64,000 nt of DNA from Stegostoma tigrinum (taxonomy: Eukaryota), in the NCBI RefSeq assembly GCF_030684315.1, contig NC_081357.1, forward strand, positions 111,299,558 to 111,363,557, in the 5' to 3' direction. The notes under the pieces are model-generated. The model did no database searches, had not been told where the DNA came from, and saw only the letters and a list, made by a program, of their open reading frames with translations. Within the stretch, counting starts at the first letter, position 1. Every line of letters starts with the position of its first letter. This document shows, piece by piece, positions 1 through 12,308 of this stretch. Made by a program: the position numbers and the translations under genes.

Positions 1-423
1 ATGATGGCACAGTCCCTTGATAACTAACAAATCAACACGCCCAGATCATAGCCTGGTCCTCTAATACAAACACACAGCAGTTTAACATGAGCTAATCACA
101 CTGCTTTCAGGCTTCGGTCCTTTAACTTCCCCAAACTTTCCTTCACCAAGAGTGTTGGGAGTATATTATTCTTACTGCTAAACAGAAAACTGATCAATTC
201 ATAGTACTTTTCTTGCTTCTCCTGGCATCAATCCTGTGCTCCAAACCCACATCAAATGCCAGAAAGCTGACACTACTGCAATTTAGCATTCACCTCAGTA
301 GCAAACTCAGTCAAAACCTAAGTTCTTTGGAATGATGTCATACCCGAGAAGTCCAATTAACCCTCCTTTCTAGAATTATCTTTGTTTCACTTTGCTCATA
401 AACTGAAATTCTCACAAAAAGAA

Positions 424-616
424 CGGTCAGAAGCCACATGACCTTATAGTCCAACAGGTTTATTTGAAATCACAAGCCTTTAGTGTGCTGCTCCTTCACA
501 ATGTGAAGTCAGCACAGAAAGCCTTCTGAAAGCTTGCAATTTCAAATGAACCTGTTGGGACTGTAACCTGGTGTCGTGTGACTTCTGAGTTCATCCACCC
601 CAATGCCTCCACATCA
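424..616. mobile_element. Fold-back terminal-repeat remnant of a second PLE family
   Basis: Inverted arms (tatagtccaacaggtttatttgaaatcacaagc / gcttgcaatttcaaatgaacctgttgggactgta) flanked by the 12-bp direct repeat TCACAAAAAGAA (412-423, 617-628). Family assignment is inference. Confidence 0.6.
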
Positions 617-722
617 TCACAAAAAGAAAATACAGGCTTTTTTCCAAAAGGCAGGGGTCATTGCATTAATAATCCAGTACTTGTCTGTTATCATTTTTCA
701 GACATTGTATTCAGTCGTTGCA

Positions 723-2575
723 AAACATAGAACATAGAACATAGAACAGTACAGCACAGAACAGGCCCTTCAGCCCACAATGTTGTGCCGACCATTGATC
801 CTCATGTATGCACCCTCAAATTTCTGTGACCATATACATGTCCAGCAGTCTCTTAAATGACCCCAATGACCTTGCTTCCACAACTGCTGCTGGCAACGCA
901 TTCCATGCTCTCACAACTCTCTGCGTAAAGAACCTGCCTCTGACATCCCCTCTATACTTTCCACCAACCAGCTTAAAACTATGACCCCCTCGTGCTAGCC
1001 ATTTCTGCCCTGGGAAATAGTCTCTGGCTATCAACTCTATCTATGCCTCTCATTATCTTGTATACCTCAATTAGGTCCCCTCTCCTCCTCCTTTTCTCCA
1101 ATGAAAAGAGACCGAGCTCAGTCAACCTCTCTTCATAAGATAAGCCCTCCAGTCCAGGCAGCATCCTGGTAAACCTCCTCTGAACCCTCTCCAAAGCATC
1201 CACATCTTTCCTATAATAGGACGCCCAGAACTGGACGCAGTATTCCAAGTGCGGTCTAACCAAAGTTTTATAGAGCTGCAACAAGATCTCACGACTCTTA
1301 AACTCAATCCCCCTGTTAATGAAAGCCAAAACACCATATGCTTTCTTAACAACCCTGTCCACTTGGGTGGCCATTTTAAGGGATCTATGTATCTGCACAC
1401 CAAGATCCCTCTGTTCCTCCACGCTGCCAAGAATCCTATCCTTAATCCTGTACTCAGCTTTCAAATTCGACCTTCCAAAATGCATCACCTCGCATTTATC
1501 CAGGTTGAACTCCATCTGCCACCTCTCAGCCCATCTCTGCATCCTGTCAATGTCCCGCTGCAGCCTACAACAGCCCTCTACACTGTCAACGACACCTCCT
1601 ACCTTGGTGTCGTCTGCAAACTTGCTGACCCATCCTTCAATCCCCTCGTCCAAGTCATTAATAAAAATTACAAACAGTAGAGGCCCAAGGACAGAGCCCT
1701 GTGGAACTCCACTCACCACTGAGTTCCAGGCAGAATATTTTCCTTCTACTACCACTCGCTGTCTTCTGTTGGCCAGCCAATTCTGTATCCAAGCAGCTAA
1801 GTTCCCCTGTATCCCATTCCTCCTGACCTTCTGAATGAGCCTACCATGGGGAACCTTATCAAATGCCTTACTGAAGTCCATATACACCACATCCACAGCT
1901 CGACCCTCATCAACTTTTCTAGTCACATCCTCAAAAAACTCGATAAGGTTTGTAAGGCATGACCTACCCCTCACAAAGCCGTGTTGACTGTATTTGATCA
2001 AGCCATGCTCTTCCAGATGGTCATAAATCTTATCCCTCAGAATCCTTTCTAACACCTTGCAGACGACAGACGTGAGACTTACCGGTCTATAATTGCCGGG
2101 GATTTCCCTATTTCCTTTCTTGAAGAGAGGAATTACATTTGCCTCTCTCCAGTCCTCAGGTACGACTCCAGTGGAGAGCGAGGATGCAAAGATCTTCGCA
2201 AGTGGCGAAGCAATTGCATTTCTCGCTTCCCAAAGCAGCCGAGGACAAATCTGATCCGGGCCTGGCGACTTGTCAATCTTAATGTTTGACAAAATTTTCA
2301 GCACGTCAGCTTCGTCTATCTCTATCCATTCCAGCATGTATACCTGCTCTTCAAAGGTTTCATTCACTACAAAGTTCGTTTCTTTCGTAAAGACAGAAGC
2401 AAAAAACTCATTTAGGGCTTCCCCTACCTCATCAGGCTCCACACACAAGTTCCCTATGCTATCCCTGATCGGCCCTACTCTTTCTTTGACCATTCTCTTA
2501 TTCCTCACGTAAGTGTAAAATGCCTTTGTGTTTTCCCGGATTCCTTCTGCCAAGCCTTTCTCGTGCCCCCTCCTG
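723..2575 (-). mobile_element. Young 5'-truncated CR1-clade LINE with open RT domain
   Basis: ORF has KSPGPD, NYRPVSLTS, QHGF, DFSKAFD, GVPQGSVLGP and FADD motifs. The C-terminus continues in a second frame (816-1034). 3' tail is (CTATGTT)n at 723-746. Confidence 0.95.
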
Positions 2576-2689
2576 AAAGTTTTCAAATGCCTCGTCTCTC
2601 TTCTACTTCTCTCGTCTACTTCTTTTGCCAATTAATTTAAATCTGATGATGATCCTCCTGTCAGTGTAAACCAGGAAACGTAACAATCA

Positions 2690-5600
2690 TCTCTACTGAC
2701 ACTGTCACAGGGAAATCAGAACTAGGAATTTGACATTCTGGGATATTTGAACTTTAGGAAACACAGGAGGAAAGGAAAAGGTGGAGGGTAGAACTGTTAA
2801 TGAGAAAATGAAATGAAGACAGTTATGAGAGATGACCAAGGCTTGGATGAGTCCATTTGAGGCAGTAAATAACATCAGAAGGAAGAAGACGCTTGAAGGA
2901 GTAATGTATAAATTGCCAAGCTGTAGCTACACTATAGAAAAGGGTATAAATCAGTAACCATGTAAAAATAGAGGAATAATTATGGGTGACTTTAATCTTC
3001 GTGTTGATTGGGCCAATCAAGTTGGAAAGGGTAGCCACGGCAACAGATTCAGAGACAGTGCATTAGGAACAGTTTCCCAGAGCAATATGTCATGGAGACA
3101 ACTAGGGAACAGGCTATCTTAGATCTGGCCATGGGTAATGAGGCAGATTTAATAAATGACCTCAGTAAAAGATCTCCAAGGAAGTAGTCCTCATAACATG
3201 ACAGGATTTAATATTTAGTTTGAGAGTGGATGATCTAGGGTCGAAAACAATTGAGTTTAACTTAAATAAAGGGAATTGCAATGAAATAAGTTTAGAGTAA
3301 GCTAAAGTGGACTGGGCAGACATATTAGTGGGAAAGACAACAACCAAACAGTAGCAAACACTTAAGGAAGTAATTCATGACTCTCAGCACCAATACACCC
3401 CCATAAGAAGGAAAGATTCTGAGAGGATAAACCAATCATGGCTAACCAGGGAATTTAAGGAGAGTATAAAGTTGAAAGAAAAAGTAGTTAAAGGAGACAA
3501 AAGTCAGTGATAGCCTTGAAACTGGGATAAATTCAAAACCCAAAGGAGAAGTAAAAAGATAATAAAGAGAGAGAAAATAAACTATGAGGCCAAATTAGGC
3601 CATTAACTGGCAAAAAGAGCATCTTTAAATAGATAAAAAGGAAGAGAGAAGTCAAAGTGAACATGAATGAATCTGGAGAGGAAGGAAATGGTGGAGTTGA
3701 ATATTTTGCATCAGTCTTTACAGTAGAAGATACTTCAAACATCCCAATAATACTATTGAATGTGGGGGAAAAAAGCTAAGTATCATCACTTTCACGAAAT
3801 TGGTGCCTCTTTATTCCAAGACTGCCTACTGGTCCTAGACTCTTCCCACAAGGGGAAGCATTTACCATGTCAAGGCCTCTAAGAATCATTTATGTTTCAA
3901 TGAGATCACCTCATTCTTCTAAACTTCAGTGAGCAGAGTCCCAACCTGTTTAGCCTTTCCTCATAAGACAATCCCTACTACTAGTGAAGTAGTATTAAAT
4001 TAACAGGGCTAAAAGCAGGTAAGTCCCCTATCCTTGATAGCTTGCATCCTAGCTACAGAGATAGTAATGTACTGGTTGTGATTTTCCAAAAATCCTGGAA
4101 TTCTGGTCAAGTGCTGGAGGACTGGAAAACTGCCAATGTGACAGCCCTGTTCAAAAAAATGAGAGAGGCAAAAAGCAGGCAACTATAGGCTGATTAACCT
4201 AACGTCTATTGTTGAAAATATGTTAGAATCAATCATTCAGGAAGTAATAACTGCACATTTATAGAATCATGATCCAATCAAGCAGAGCCAACGTGGCTTC
4301 ATGAAAAGGTAGTGTCTGCCTAATTAGAGTTTTGAGAGGATATCTCAACCAGAATGAGAGAGAGGAGCCAGTAGATGTATTTTATTTGGATTTGCAGAAT
4401 GCATTGACAAGGTACGTCACAAAAGTTTGAGTCATAAGAGGTGTTGGAAGTAATACACTGGTGTGCATAGAGAATTTGCTAATGAGCAAGAAACAGAGTA
4501 GGGATAAAGGGTTTCGGCGATAGTAGGAACTGCAGATGCTGGAGAATCTGAGATAACAAGGTGTACAGCTGGATGAACACGGCAGGCCAAGCAGCATCAG
4601 AGGAGCAGGAAAGCTGACTTTTCGGTCCTAGACCTGAAGCATCAGCTTTCCTGCTCCTCTGATGCTGCTTGGCCTGTCATGTTCATCCAACTCTACACCC
4701 TGTTAACTCAGTAGGGATAAAGGCTTCTTTTTTTCAGCTTGGCAACCTGTAACCAGTGGGCTTTCACAGGAATCAGTGCTGGGACCACAACTGTTTACAA
4801 TAACTATTTATGACTTGGGGAAAGAAAGTAAATGTACTATAACTAAATTTGCAGAAGACACTAAAGTAGATAGGAAAAAAAAGTGAGACAAGGGATACAA
4901 ACAGTTTAGAGACATTATTGTGATAGCAACTGAGCAAAAAAACGTTGGAAAATGGAGGATAATATGGAAAAAAATGTGAAGTTGTTCATTTAAGAGAGCA
5001 AAAGAAACCTATTATTTAAATGGAGAAAAAGTGCAACAAAAGAGGCTTTGAGGATACTTGTGCATGAAACACATGAAACCAACAGACAGGTAATCAGGAA
5101 GGCTAATAGAGTATTGGCCCTTGATTCAAGGGGGTTGCAGTGTGAGGGTAGGGAAGTCTTATTACAATTATACAAGGTGTTGGTGAGACCACATCTGGAG
5201 TACTGTGAACAGTGGCCTTATTTAGACATCTTTTCATTGGCATTAGTTCAGCAAAGGCTTACTAGGAACAATCCCTGGTATGGAGGGATTGTCTTATGAG
5301 GAAAGGCTGAACAGTTTGGGACTCTGCTCACTGAAGTTTAGAAGAATGAGGTGATCTTATTGAAACATAAATGATTCTTAAGGGCCTTGACATGGTAAAT
5401 GCTAAAAGGATTCTACCCCTCATGGGAAGAGTCTTAGACCAGAGGGCAGTCTTAGAATAAAGAGGCACCAATTTAAAACCAAGATTTGGAGGGATTTCTT
5501 TTCTCAGAATTGTCTTTGGAATTCTTTGTCACAGAGTCCTGTGTGTATTTAAGGCTGAAATAAATAGATTCCTGAACAGTTGGGGAAATCAAGGGTTACA

Positions 5601-5690
5601 GGGAAAACACAGGAATATGAACTTGAAGAATGTCTGATCAGCCATGATCCTATCGAATGGCAAAGCAGGCTCAAAATGAACAGGAGTAGG
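2690..5690 (+). mobile_element. Old, decayed CR1 LINE with nested insertions
   Basis: Fragments of ORF2 motifs (LDLQNALTR, LLQLYKVLVRPHLEYC) broken by stops and frameshifts. Nested inverted CR1 tail (~3790-3985) and PLE palindrome (~4517-4709). Confidence 0.8.
4517..4709. mobile_element. Palindromic PLE pLTR element nested in CR1
   Basis: Inverted arms homologous to the PLE end at 27933-28020. TSD AGTAGGGATAAAGG at 4497-4510 and 4710-4723. Confidence 0.85.
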
Positions 5691-7279
5691 CTGCTCCACC
5701 TATTTCTCAATCTCAAAGTTTGCAAGTTTTTTTTGTTATTTTATTTGGTTGAAAGGTTAATTAATAGAACTCCATTCACTTTCTTATGTTGAAACTTTTA
5801 CTATTTTTGGACACACTAATGTGATTTTCATTTTCCTGCCTTTTAATAGCACTGCTTTTTTAAAAAAAATTCTCATTCTGGTTCACATTTTTGCTCTTTT
5901 GCAGTCTCCTGTTTAAGGACTTTAGCTAACATGAATCAGTGTTATTCAATTTTTCCTCCTCCCACTAATCCTGATCTTGTTTTGGTTTTCAGTTTCAGAA
6001 GCAATATATCTGAACTTGTGCCCAAAGTAGTTGTTGTTTGCTTCAGCTAACTTAAGAGCAAACAGCACCAGTCTAAAGAACTGCCAGGGGAAATTCAATG
6101 ATAGACAATGGAAATATTTCTCTTTAAACTTTCAGAAGATACAAGGATCCTAAATGACAATCTGTTCCTCTACATCACTAGATGCCTTTTTTGTCAGTTT
6201 CTATTGGTAAGCATGTCATCAGTGATGATCTTGCTGCAAAGAAGATTGGATGGAGGTGCTTAAAAAAAAACACAAGTCTCTAGACAGAATAGTTAGGAAT
6301 GATTCCCTTTGTTGGAAGAGTCAAGATCCAGGAGAGGCAAATCTAAGGTAAATGACAAAAGAATCAAATACTTTTAAGTAAAACATTTTCCTTAAACACA
6401 CTAAATGGTTGATATCCAAACTGCATTGCCCAAAGAGTCAAATTCAAATCATGAACCTGAAAAGGGTATTGGAGAAGCACCTAAAAGAAATGTTTGCAGT
6501 GACAGGGAAAGGGCAGGAACATTGGACTAGGTAAACTGCCCTGCCATCTGAGAAGTCACAAATGGGATTGAACCTTTGTGCAGTCATTAGCAAACATCAG
6601 CAAACATCCCACTTTTACCTTATAATGGAAGGTTATTGACTGAACATTTGGAGATGTTGGGCTTGGACACTGCCTCAAGAAGCTGGTGCAGCAATATCTT
6701 AGGAAGGAGTGGATTGGTCTCAGCAACCACAACCATTTTCCTCCATTCTATGTGTTACTCCAACCAGCGGGGACTCTCCCACTCCATTGGTTCAAGTTTT
6801 GCTGGGGTCTCTAATGCCAAAGTGAACCGAAAATTGCCTTGATTTCAAGTTACCCAAAGTATGCATCAGTGAGGTTATTTCTGTGACAATGCTATCAAGT
6901 AATACTTGATAGTAATACTCACTTGATAGTAATACTCACCTTCAAATCACTTTGCTGATGATGATGATCAAAAGCCTGAAGGGACAGTAATTGGCCACAG
7001 TGGTTATGTACAGCTCTTTGTGAACATTACATGCCTGATTATTTTTCCACACTGTTGCATAGATGCCAGTGTTGTAGATGCCCAAAGTATTCTGATATAT
7101 TCATTATAGTTTTATAAAAGTTAGGCTTGGATTATAGATGCTCAGGAAGATAAGCAATTTCAGAGTACTTTCCTAAGTATTCTTGGATGGCAAATGATTA
7201 GAATGAGAATTATATAAATCATTTCATTGCAATTCTGTTTTTGAACAAAATGCAAAAGCAGGATCTACAAAACAGAACA

Positions 7280-7285
7280 TTTATT
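7280..7285 (-). terminator. Candidate RNASEH1 polyadenylation signal (AATAAA)
   Basis: Minus strand reads aAATAAAtgttctgttttgtag...ttttgcattttgtt: the hexamer followed by a U/GU-rich tract about 770 nt after the stop codon. Confidence 0.55.
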
Positions 7286-8054
7286 TCATATGATTTTAGC
7301 TTTACAATCCGAAAACCAGCCTATGTACATTATTATATTGTAAAAATCAAAAGTCAAATCAATCCTATTTGTGAATGGACTCATGCACAATAACATTCAT
7401 GCTTACCAATAGAATATAAATTAAATGATTAGGCAAAAGAAACAAAAACTCAAACCAGGGATCAAAAATTGTGTATTTGAACATTTCAGAAAAAAAGTTA
7501 GATCAGAACCTCTTACACACCAAGCCAAATGAGGTAAGTTCTTAGATCAACACTGTACAAACACTTGTTTAACAAAATGCAAGTGACTCTCACGCTCTTG
7601 GTTGAAAACCCACAAATTTAACGTACTTAAAAAGGACTGTAACAATGAGCTGCACATACCAATATACTGCATTGTGTTATTGAGGAAACAGCTATAATCC
7701 CTCAAAATTTTCCAGGCTGCAAAGTTGGGAAACTTAGCCAATTCCATTCAGCCACAGAACCTTTCCGAAAGGGACAAGCAAACAACAGTATTTTGGAAAC
7801 TCAAGTATTTGCTAGCTACAATTTTAAATTAAAAAGGGCTAGGAAACCAGCCCATTATTTGCAATATATTATGATTTTTCAGTTATATTATTGACAGTGG
7901 AACAAGCTATGCCTGCAGTTGGGAATAAACAGTATTGTTGGAGCCACTGAAAAGGAGGCTTTACAAACAAAAATATGAAGTTTGCTTTGCATCACAGTGT
8001 GTACTAATCTCAGATTTGCATCCATGACCTACAAAATGTGTTTGACAATGTTTG

Positions 8055-8141
8055 TCAGCATGGCGGCTTGGAAGCTCCATCTTTAGCTAGACTGTCTGCT
8101 GCTTCATTTCCTGGGAAACCAGCGTGACCAGGGACATGCAT
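8055..8141 (-). CDS. RNASEH1: RNase H1 terminal coding exon 8
   Basis: ttttgcag|ATG CAT GTC... gives MHVPGHAGFPGNEAADSLAKDGASKPPC*, the HV.GH...GNE.AD motif. The eight exons total 828 nt = 275 aa + stop. Confidence 0.97.
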   Translation of the reverse strand: MHVPGHAGFPGNEAADSLAKDGASKPPC

Positions 8142-9811
8142 CTGCAAAACAAAAGGAAAACATATTACATTTAGACATTCACTGCTATTAGCGTAGAGTT
8201 TCATAATATACATGCTTTGTAAAATCAGTTTGGGAATTGGATTTAAATAAATGATTAAAGGATAAATTATACATAATTACAAACAACTGACTGAAAACTA
8301 GTAACAATCTTAATATTTAAAATCAAAAAGCCTAGGTTATAGTTAAATGGTAACCTGTGTTTATCTTACAAGGTCAGAGTTAAAAGTGTGAAAACACTAA
8401 ATGATGGACGACCCATCTGTAGGCCACAAGATCAACACTTCTCTTAGTAACAGATTTGTGATATTTAAATGAAATAAACAGAGAATAGATGATAAATATG
8501 AGAGCTTCTTGATAGATCCACCAACTCTGGAGAGAGGACATCCATATCCATTATAGATATATAAATTATTCATTAGGGTCACAGAATCAAAGATAGTCAT
8601 GTTGAGGGTAAAATTAAATAGGTTCCATTTCTTTTTGAGGACATCCAATAGCCAGGAAAATGGGTTCTGGAAATTAATTCAGTTCCTTAGTTTTCATTTA
8701 GCTGCATGTTTCTCCCTGAATTTGATAGTTTGCTGTTAGCTTAGAGCAGGCATACAGGAGCTGTGAAATCAACTCTGGGACCTGGTAGCCATACAGAAGC
8801 TACTGGAGTGGACTGGAGAAAACAGTGAGAGTCTGTACAAAGCAGTGAGTCGAAGGCCTTCAGTAACCAGGGATATTCTGAATTTTTAAAATTTTTCAGC
8901 AAGAACTTGAGTGAAGACCAAGCTTGAACTGAGAAGCTCATATTTGTTAGCAAAGTTGGAGGGTCACTCAGTGAAAGTTAATGAAAAGATTGGCATAAAA
9001 TCTTGAATCTAAAGTGAATTTGTGGATTTTTGTGTGCTTATGTAAGTGAAAGTGAGAAAGTACAAAACAAAGTGTTATTTATTTATTTACCAATGTTGGA
9101 ATTCAGCTAATTCAAAGTCCAGGTGGTATGATATTTCAACTTAGAAGTATAAATACTTCAATTTTTTTTCTGCCATAACAGGCCTTACAGAACTTTATTC
9201 TAGGTTTAACATCGTTCCCTGTACGAATCAGAGCCTCACTTAAAGTCTTTGTACATAAAATCTCAATTTTCAGAATGCAATCTGGGCTTGTAGTGAGGAC
9301 ACTTGTACAATACAACTTCCTTTTGTTTAAAAACCATCGAGTCTTGAGTTGTAGTTTTCAGTTGATCACTGGGTATTCAAAATTGCTCCTGAAATGTTGG
9401 CTGTCTCGGACAATATTGATGCACAATTTTTAAAATCGAACAGTTGTCTACCTAGTCTGATATTTTGTTTAATACAGGGCAATATATTACTGATGCTGAG
9501 TTTGGGGTTCATTTCTAAGGAGGAGTCATACCACATTTGCAATGTTGACTATTTCTTTCTCCACAGATGCTGCTCAGCCTGTTGAGCTTTTCCAGCAATT
9601 TACGGTTTTGGTTCTGATTTCCAGCATCTGCAGTTCTTTCGGTTTTCATTCTTTTCAACAATAACATACGTAACTAACTAGCAGCCATGTGAAAGCATTT
9701 TGATAAGCCTTGCACAAAATTCATAACTGCAATTTCTATTAGTGGCTTATTGGCTGATTTCCAAGAGATTTTTGGACATTCCCAAACAGACACACTTTTA
9801 AGGTAGTACCA

Positions 9812-9971
9812 GAAATAATGGGAACTGCAGACATTAGAGAATCCACGTAACAAAGTGTGGAGCTCGATGAACACAGCAGGCCAAGCAGCATCTTAGAAGC
9901 ACAAAATAGCTTTTGTGCTTCTAAGATGCTGCTTAGCCTGCTGTGTTCATCCAGCTCCACACTTCACTATC
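9812..9971. mobile_element. Palindromic PLE pLTR element lacking the hammerhead core
   Basis: Arms 9853-9906 and 9911-9964 around a tagc centre. Confidence 0.85.
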
Positions 9972-9988
9972 ACACAATTAATCACACA

Positions 9989-10290
9989 TGGGCGGCACAG
10001 TGGCTAGCACTGCAGCCACACAGCGCCAGGGACCCGGGTTCGATTCCAGCCTCAGGCAAGCGTCTGTGTGGCGTTTGCACATTCTCCCCGTGTCTGCATA
10101 GGTTTCTTCCAAGTGCTCCGGTTTCCTCCCACAGTCCAAAGATGTGCAGGTTAGGTGGATTGGCCATGCTAAGTTGCCTGTAGTGTTCAGGGGTGTGTGT
10201 GTTATAGAGGGGATGGGTCTTGGTGGGATGCTTCAAGGGGCGGTGTAGACTTATTGGGCTGAAGGGCCTGTTTCCACTGTAGAGAATCCA
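9989..10290 (+). mobile_element. HE1-type V-SINE
   Basis: tRNA-like head (B box gggttcgattcc), V-domain-like core (tgtgtggcgtttgcacattctccccgtgtctgc...ggtttcctcccacagtccaaag) and CR1-like 3' tail (gaagggcctgtttccac). Confidence 0.88.
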
Positions 10291-10499
10291 AATTAATCTG
10301 ATTTAGGTAGTTAATCTTGGTACTTTCCCCTTGTAAGTTAATACAATCAAAAATTGTCGACAATCTGACAACTATTTACTGTTTGCCAGGTTGTGGCCAG
10401 GGTATTTTTTGTTCCATCCCCAACCTCCAGAAGAGGAGACAGTAAGAACAGTACCAATTTTGTCACAGAGTTTGTCCATGAAATAAAAAGGTTGCATAC

Positions 10500-10624
10500 C
10501 CATTCAATATTTATATCAGAGGTCAATTTGTCAAGTCTTTCAAAGTCTTCTTTGTGGATTACTGATTCGCCAGTACTAAGCCTCCAGCCATTACACTTCC
10601 AAGATTTGATCCACTTGGTGATAC
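10500..10624 (-). CDS. RNASEH1: RNase H1 coding exon 7 (basic protrusion)
   Basis: gcatag|GT ATC... gives GITKWIKSWKCNGWRLSTGESVIHKEDFERLDKLTSDINIEW. Donor GTATGC. 125 nt. Confidence 0.96.
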
Positions 10625-10914
10625 CTATGCAAAAAAAAACAAAACGTGCATTTCGTTCACAAGCACAAGACATTAAAAAGTTCACTTAAAAGCTAATGAA
10701 GTGCTTTTATTGTGGTTACAGCTGCAATTTCAATGTAAAGAACGCAGTGGACAGAGTTTGGAAACTGGTTTGAAATTATGCTAAGGAATAAAGTTAAAAT
10801 CATTAGATCCATTTATAACATTGATTACCTGGAAGAGAGCGCTCATCACGGTCAAAGAGGAAATGAAAAGAATTTAAGCAGTAAGTGGAGTACTTTTCAC
10901 TTTTAAGTTTAGCT

Positions 10915-11210
10915 GGAGGTGATAGCTGAATGGTAATGTCATTGGACTACTATCAATCCAACAGACCTAGGTACTGTACTGGGCACCTGCAATAAATCCC
11001 ACCACGGCTGATAGCAGAATTTGAATTCAATTTTAAAAGAATCTTGGATTAAGAGTTTAATGATGACCATGACACCATCCTGGTGGTTGGGAAAACCCAG
11101 CTATTTCATGGATCCATCATCCCTCCCCAGTGTGGCCTACATGTGACTCCATATCCACAGCAATGTGTTTGACTCAACTGCATCTGGGCAATAAACACAC
11201 CTACATCCAT
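10915..11210 (+). mobile_element. tRNA-headed SINE, second family
   Basis: Homologous to copies at 46614-46965 (+), 56985-57575 (-) and 53370-53590 (-); shared gaatttgaattcaat...gatgaccatga...catgtgactcca...ggcaataaa. Confidence 0.7.
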
Positions 11211-11928
11211 GAGAAGGAAAATGTTAACAGAATGAAAAATTGTAGACAACATTTGTGAATCAAGTTATGGCCAGTGGACTTTTTATATCTCTAACCCCAG
11301 AAGAACAGAGAATTTGGCCCTGCATTATTCCTTACAAATGTTTCTAATTTGTTTAAAAAAAAAGACATATAGTGAGCCAAAGGGCACAAAATAAGCCTGG
11401 TCTACAAAGGGTACATTTGGCAGAAATCACCAGATAGTAATCGGACATAGAAACTAACTTTGTCTCCCTGCCCCCTCCTCCTCCATCCCTGAAGAAGAAT
11501 TGGATACTATTTGGAGATGGATGATGCTATTTCCATGCATTTAGTGTCCTTATTCATTAAGATGGAGGTTGCTGGTTGGAGAGGTCAGTGGAAGAGTCTA
11601 TACAAATATGGCTGGCCATGTTTGCCTCATGATAGCCAGTGTAATGCAAAATGTTGTGTCATGGCTGCCTTTCCGGTAACCAATGATACAAAGTTAGGCT
11701 GCATATTTACTTTAGCTCTCAGTCAATATACCAGTACACAAAGATCTTGGCACAGGAGTGCGTGTTCAATTCAGGTCAGAGCCAACCTTCCTAACTAGCA
11801 GACAGGATAATATGACTCTTCTACTGGACTCACAACAGTAACTGTTTGTCTCACCACAGATACTGTCAAAACTGTTGATTATTTCAGCATTTTCGGTGCC
11901 TATCATTCCACAGATTAGAGCCACTTAC

Positions 11929-12013
11929 CATTAATGGTGAACATGCTGTCTGTAAAAATAACCAGCTTTTCAATGTTGTATTCTTTGGCTTGCTCAATTG
12001 CTCGACAAGCTGC
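11929..12013 (-). CDS. RNASEH1: RNase H1 coding exon 6 (TDS catalytic Asp)
   Basis: ttattag|GCA... gives [28 protein letters not shown](G). Donor G|GTAAGT. 85 nt. Confidence 0.97.
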
Positions 12014-12253
12014 CTAATAAGAAATAATAATTTTAGAAACTTTGTTCCACAACTGTTAGTAAAGTAAGTAACGCTTGAGTAAGTGGAGCTTTCACAAATC
12101 CAGTTGGCATGTCACAGTTGTGATAGTAATGTAATGCCATCAACATAATTTCTTATTAAATTATCAGAATCGATGCAATCACTTGTGCACTGCTTTTCAC
12201 ATGAACAGGATTTGAGAATAGCTTGGCTACATTTCCCCATTCAGAATACTTAC

Positions 12254-12308
12254 AACTATTTCTGCCCTTTGGTTGGTCTGTCTTCCTGGAAGTCTTTCAC
12301 TAAGGTTT
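12254..12308 (-). CDS. RNASEH1: RNase H1 coding exon 5 (catalytic Glu)
   Basis: ttttctcag|A AAC... gives NLSERLPGRQTNQRAEIV. Donor GTAAGT. 55 nt. Confidence 0.97.

Noticed and set aside
2576-2631. N-terminus of the 550-aa ORF (MAKEVDERSRRETRHLKTF)
   Set aside because: Starts at a non-ATG codon and appears to be flanking DNA read in frame into a 5'-truncated CR1, not a domesticated RT gene.
6904-6937. 17-bp tandem duplication ACTTGATAGTAATACTC
   Set aside because: Ordinary slippage duplication within decayed repeat DNA.
9989-10060. tRNA-like A/B boxes (also 38363, 47694, 59302)
   Set aside because: These are SINE heads with no complete cloverleaf, not tRNA genes.
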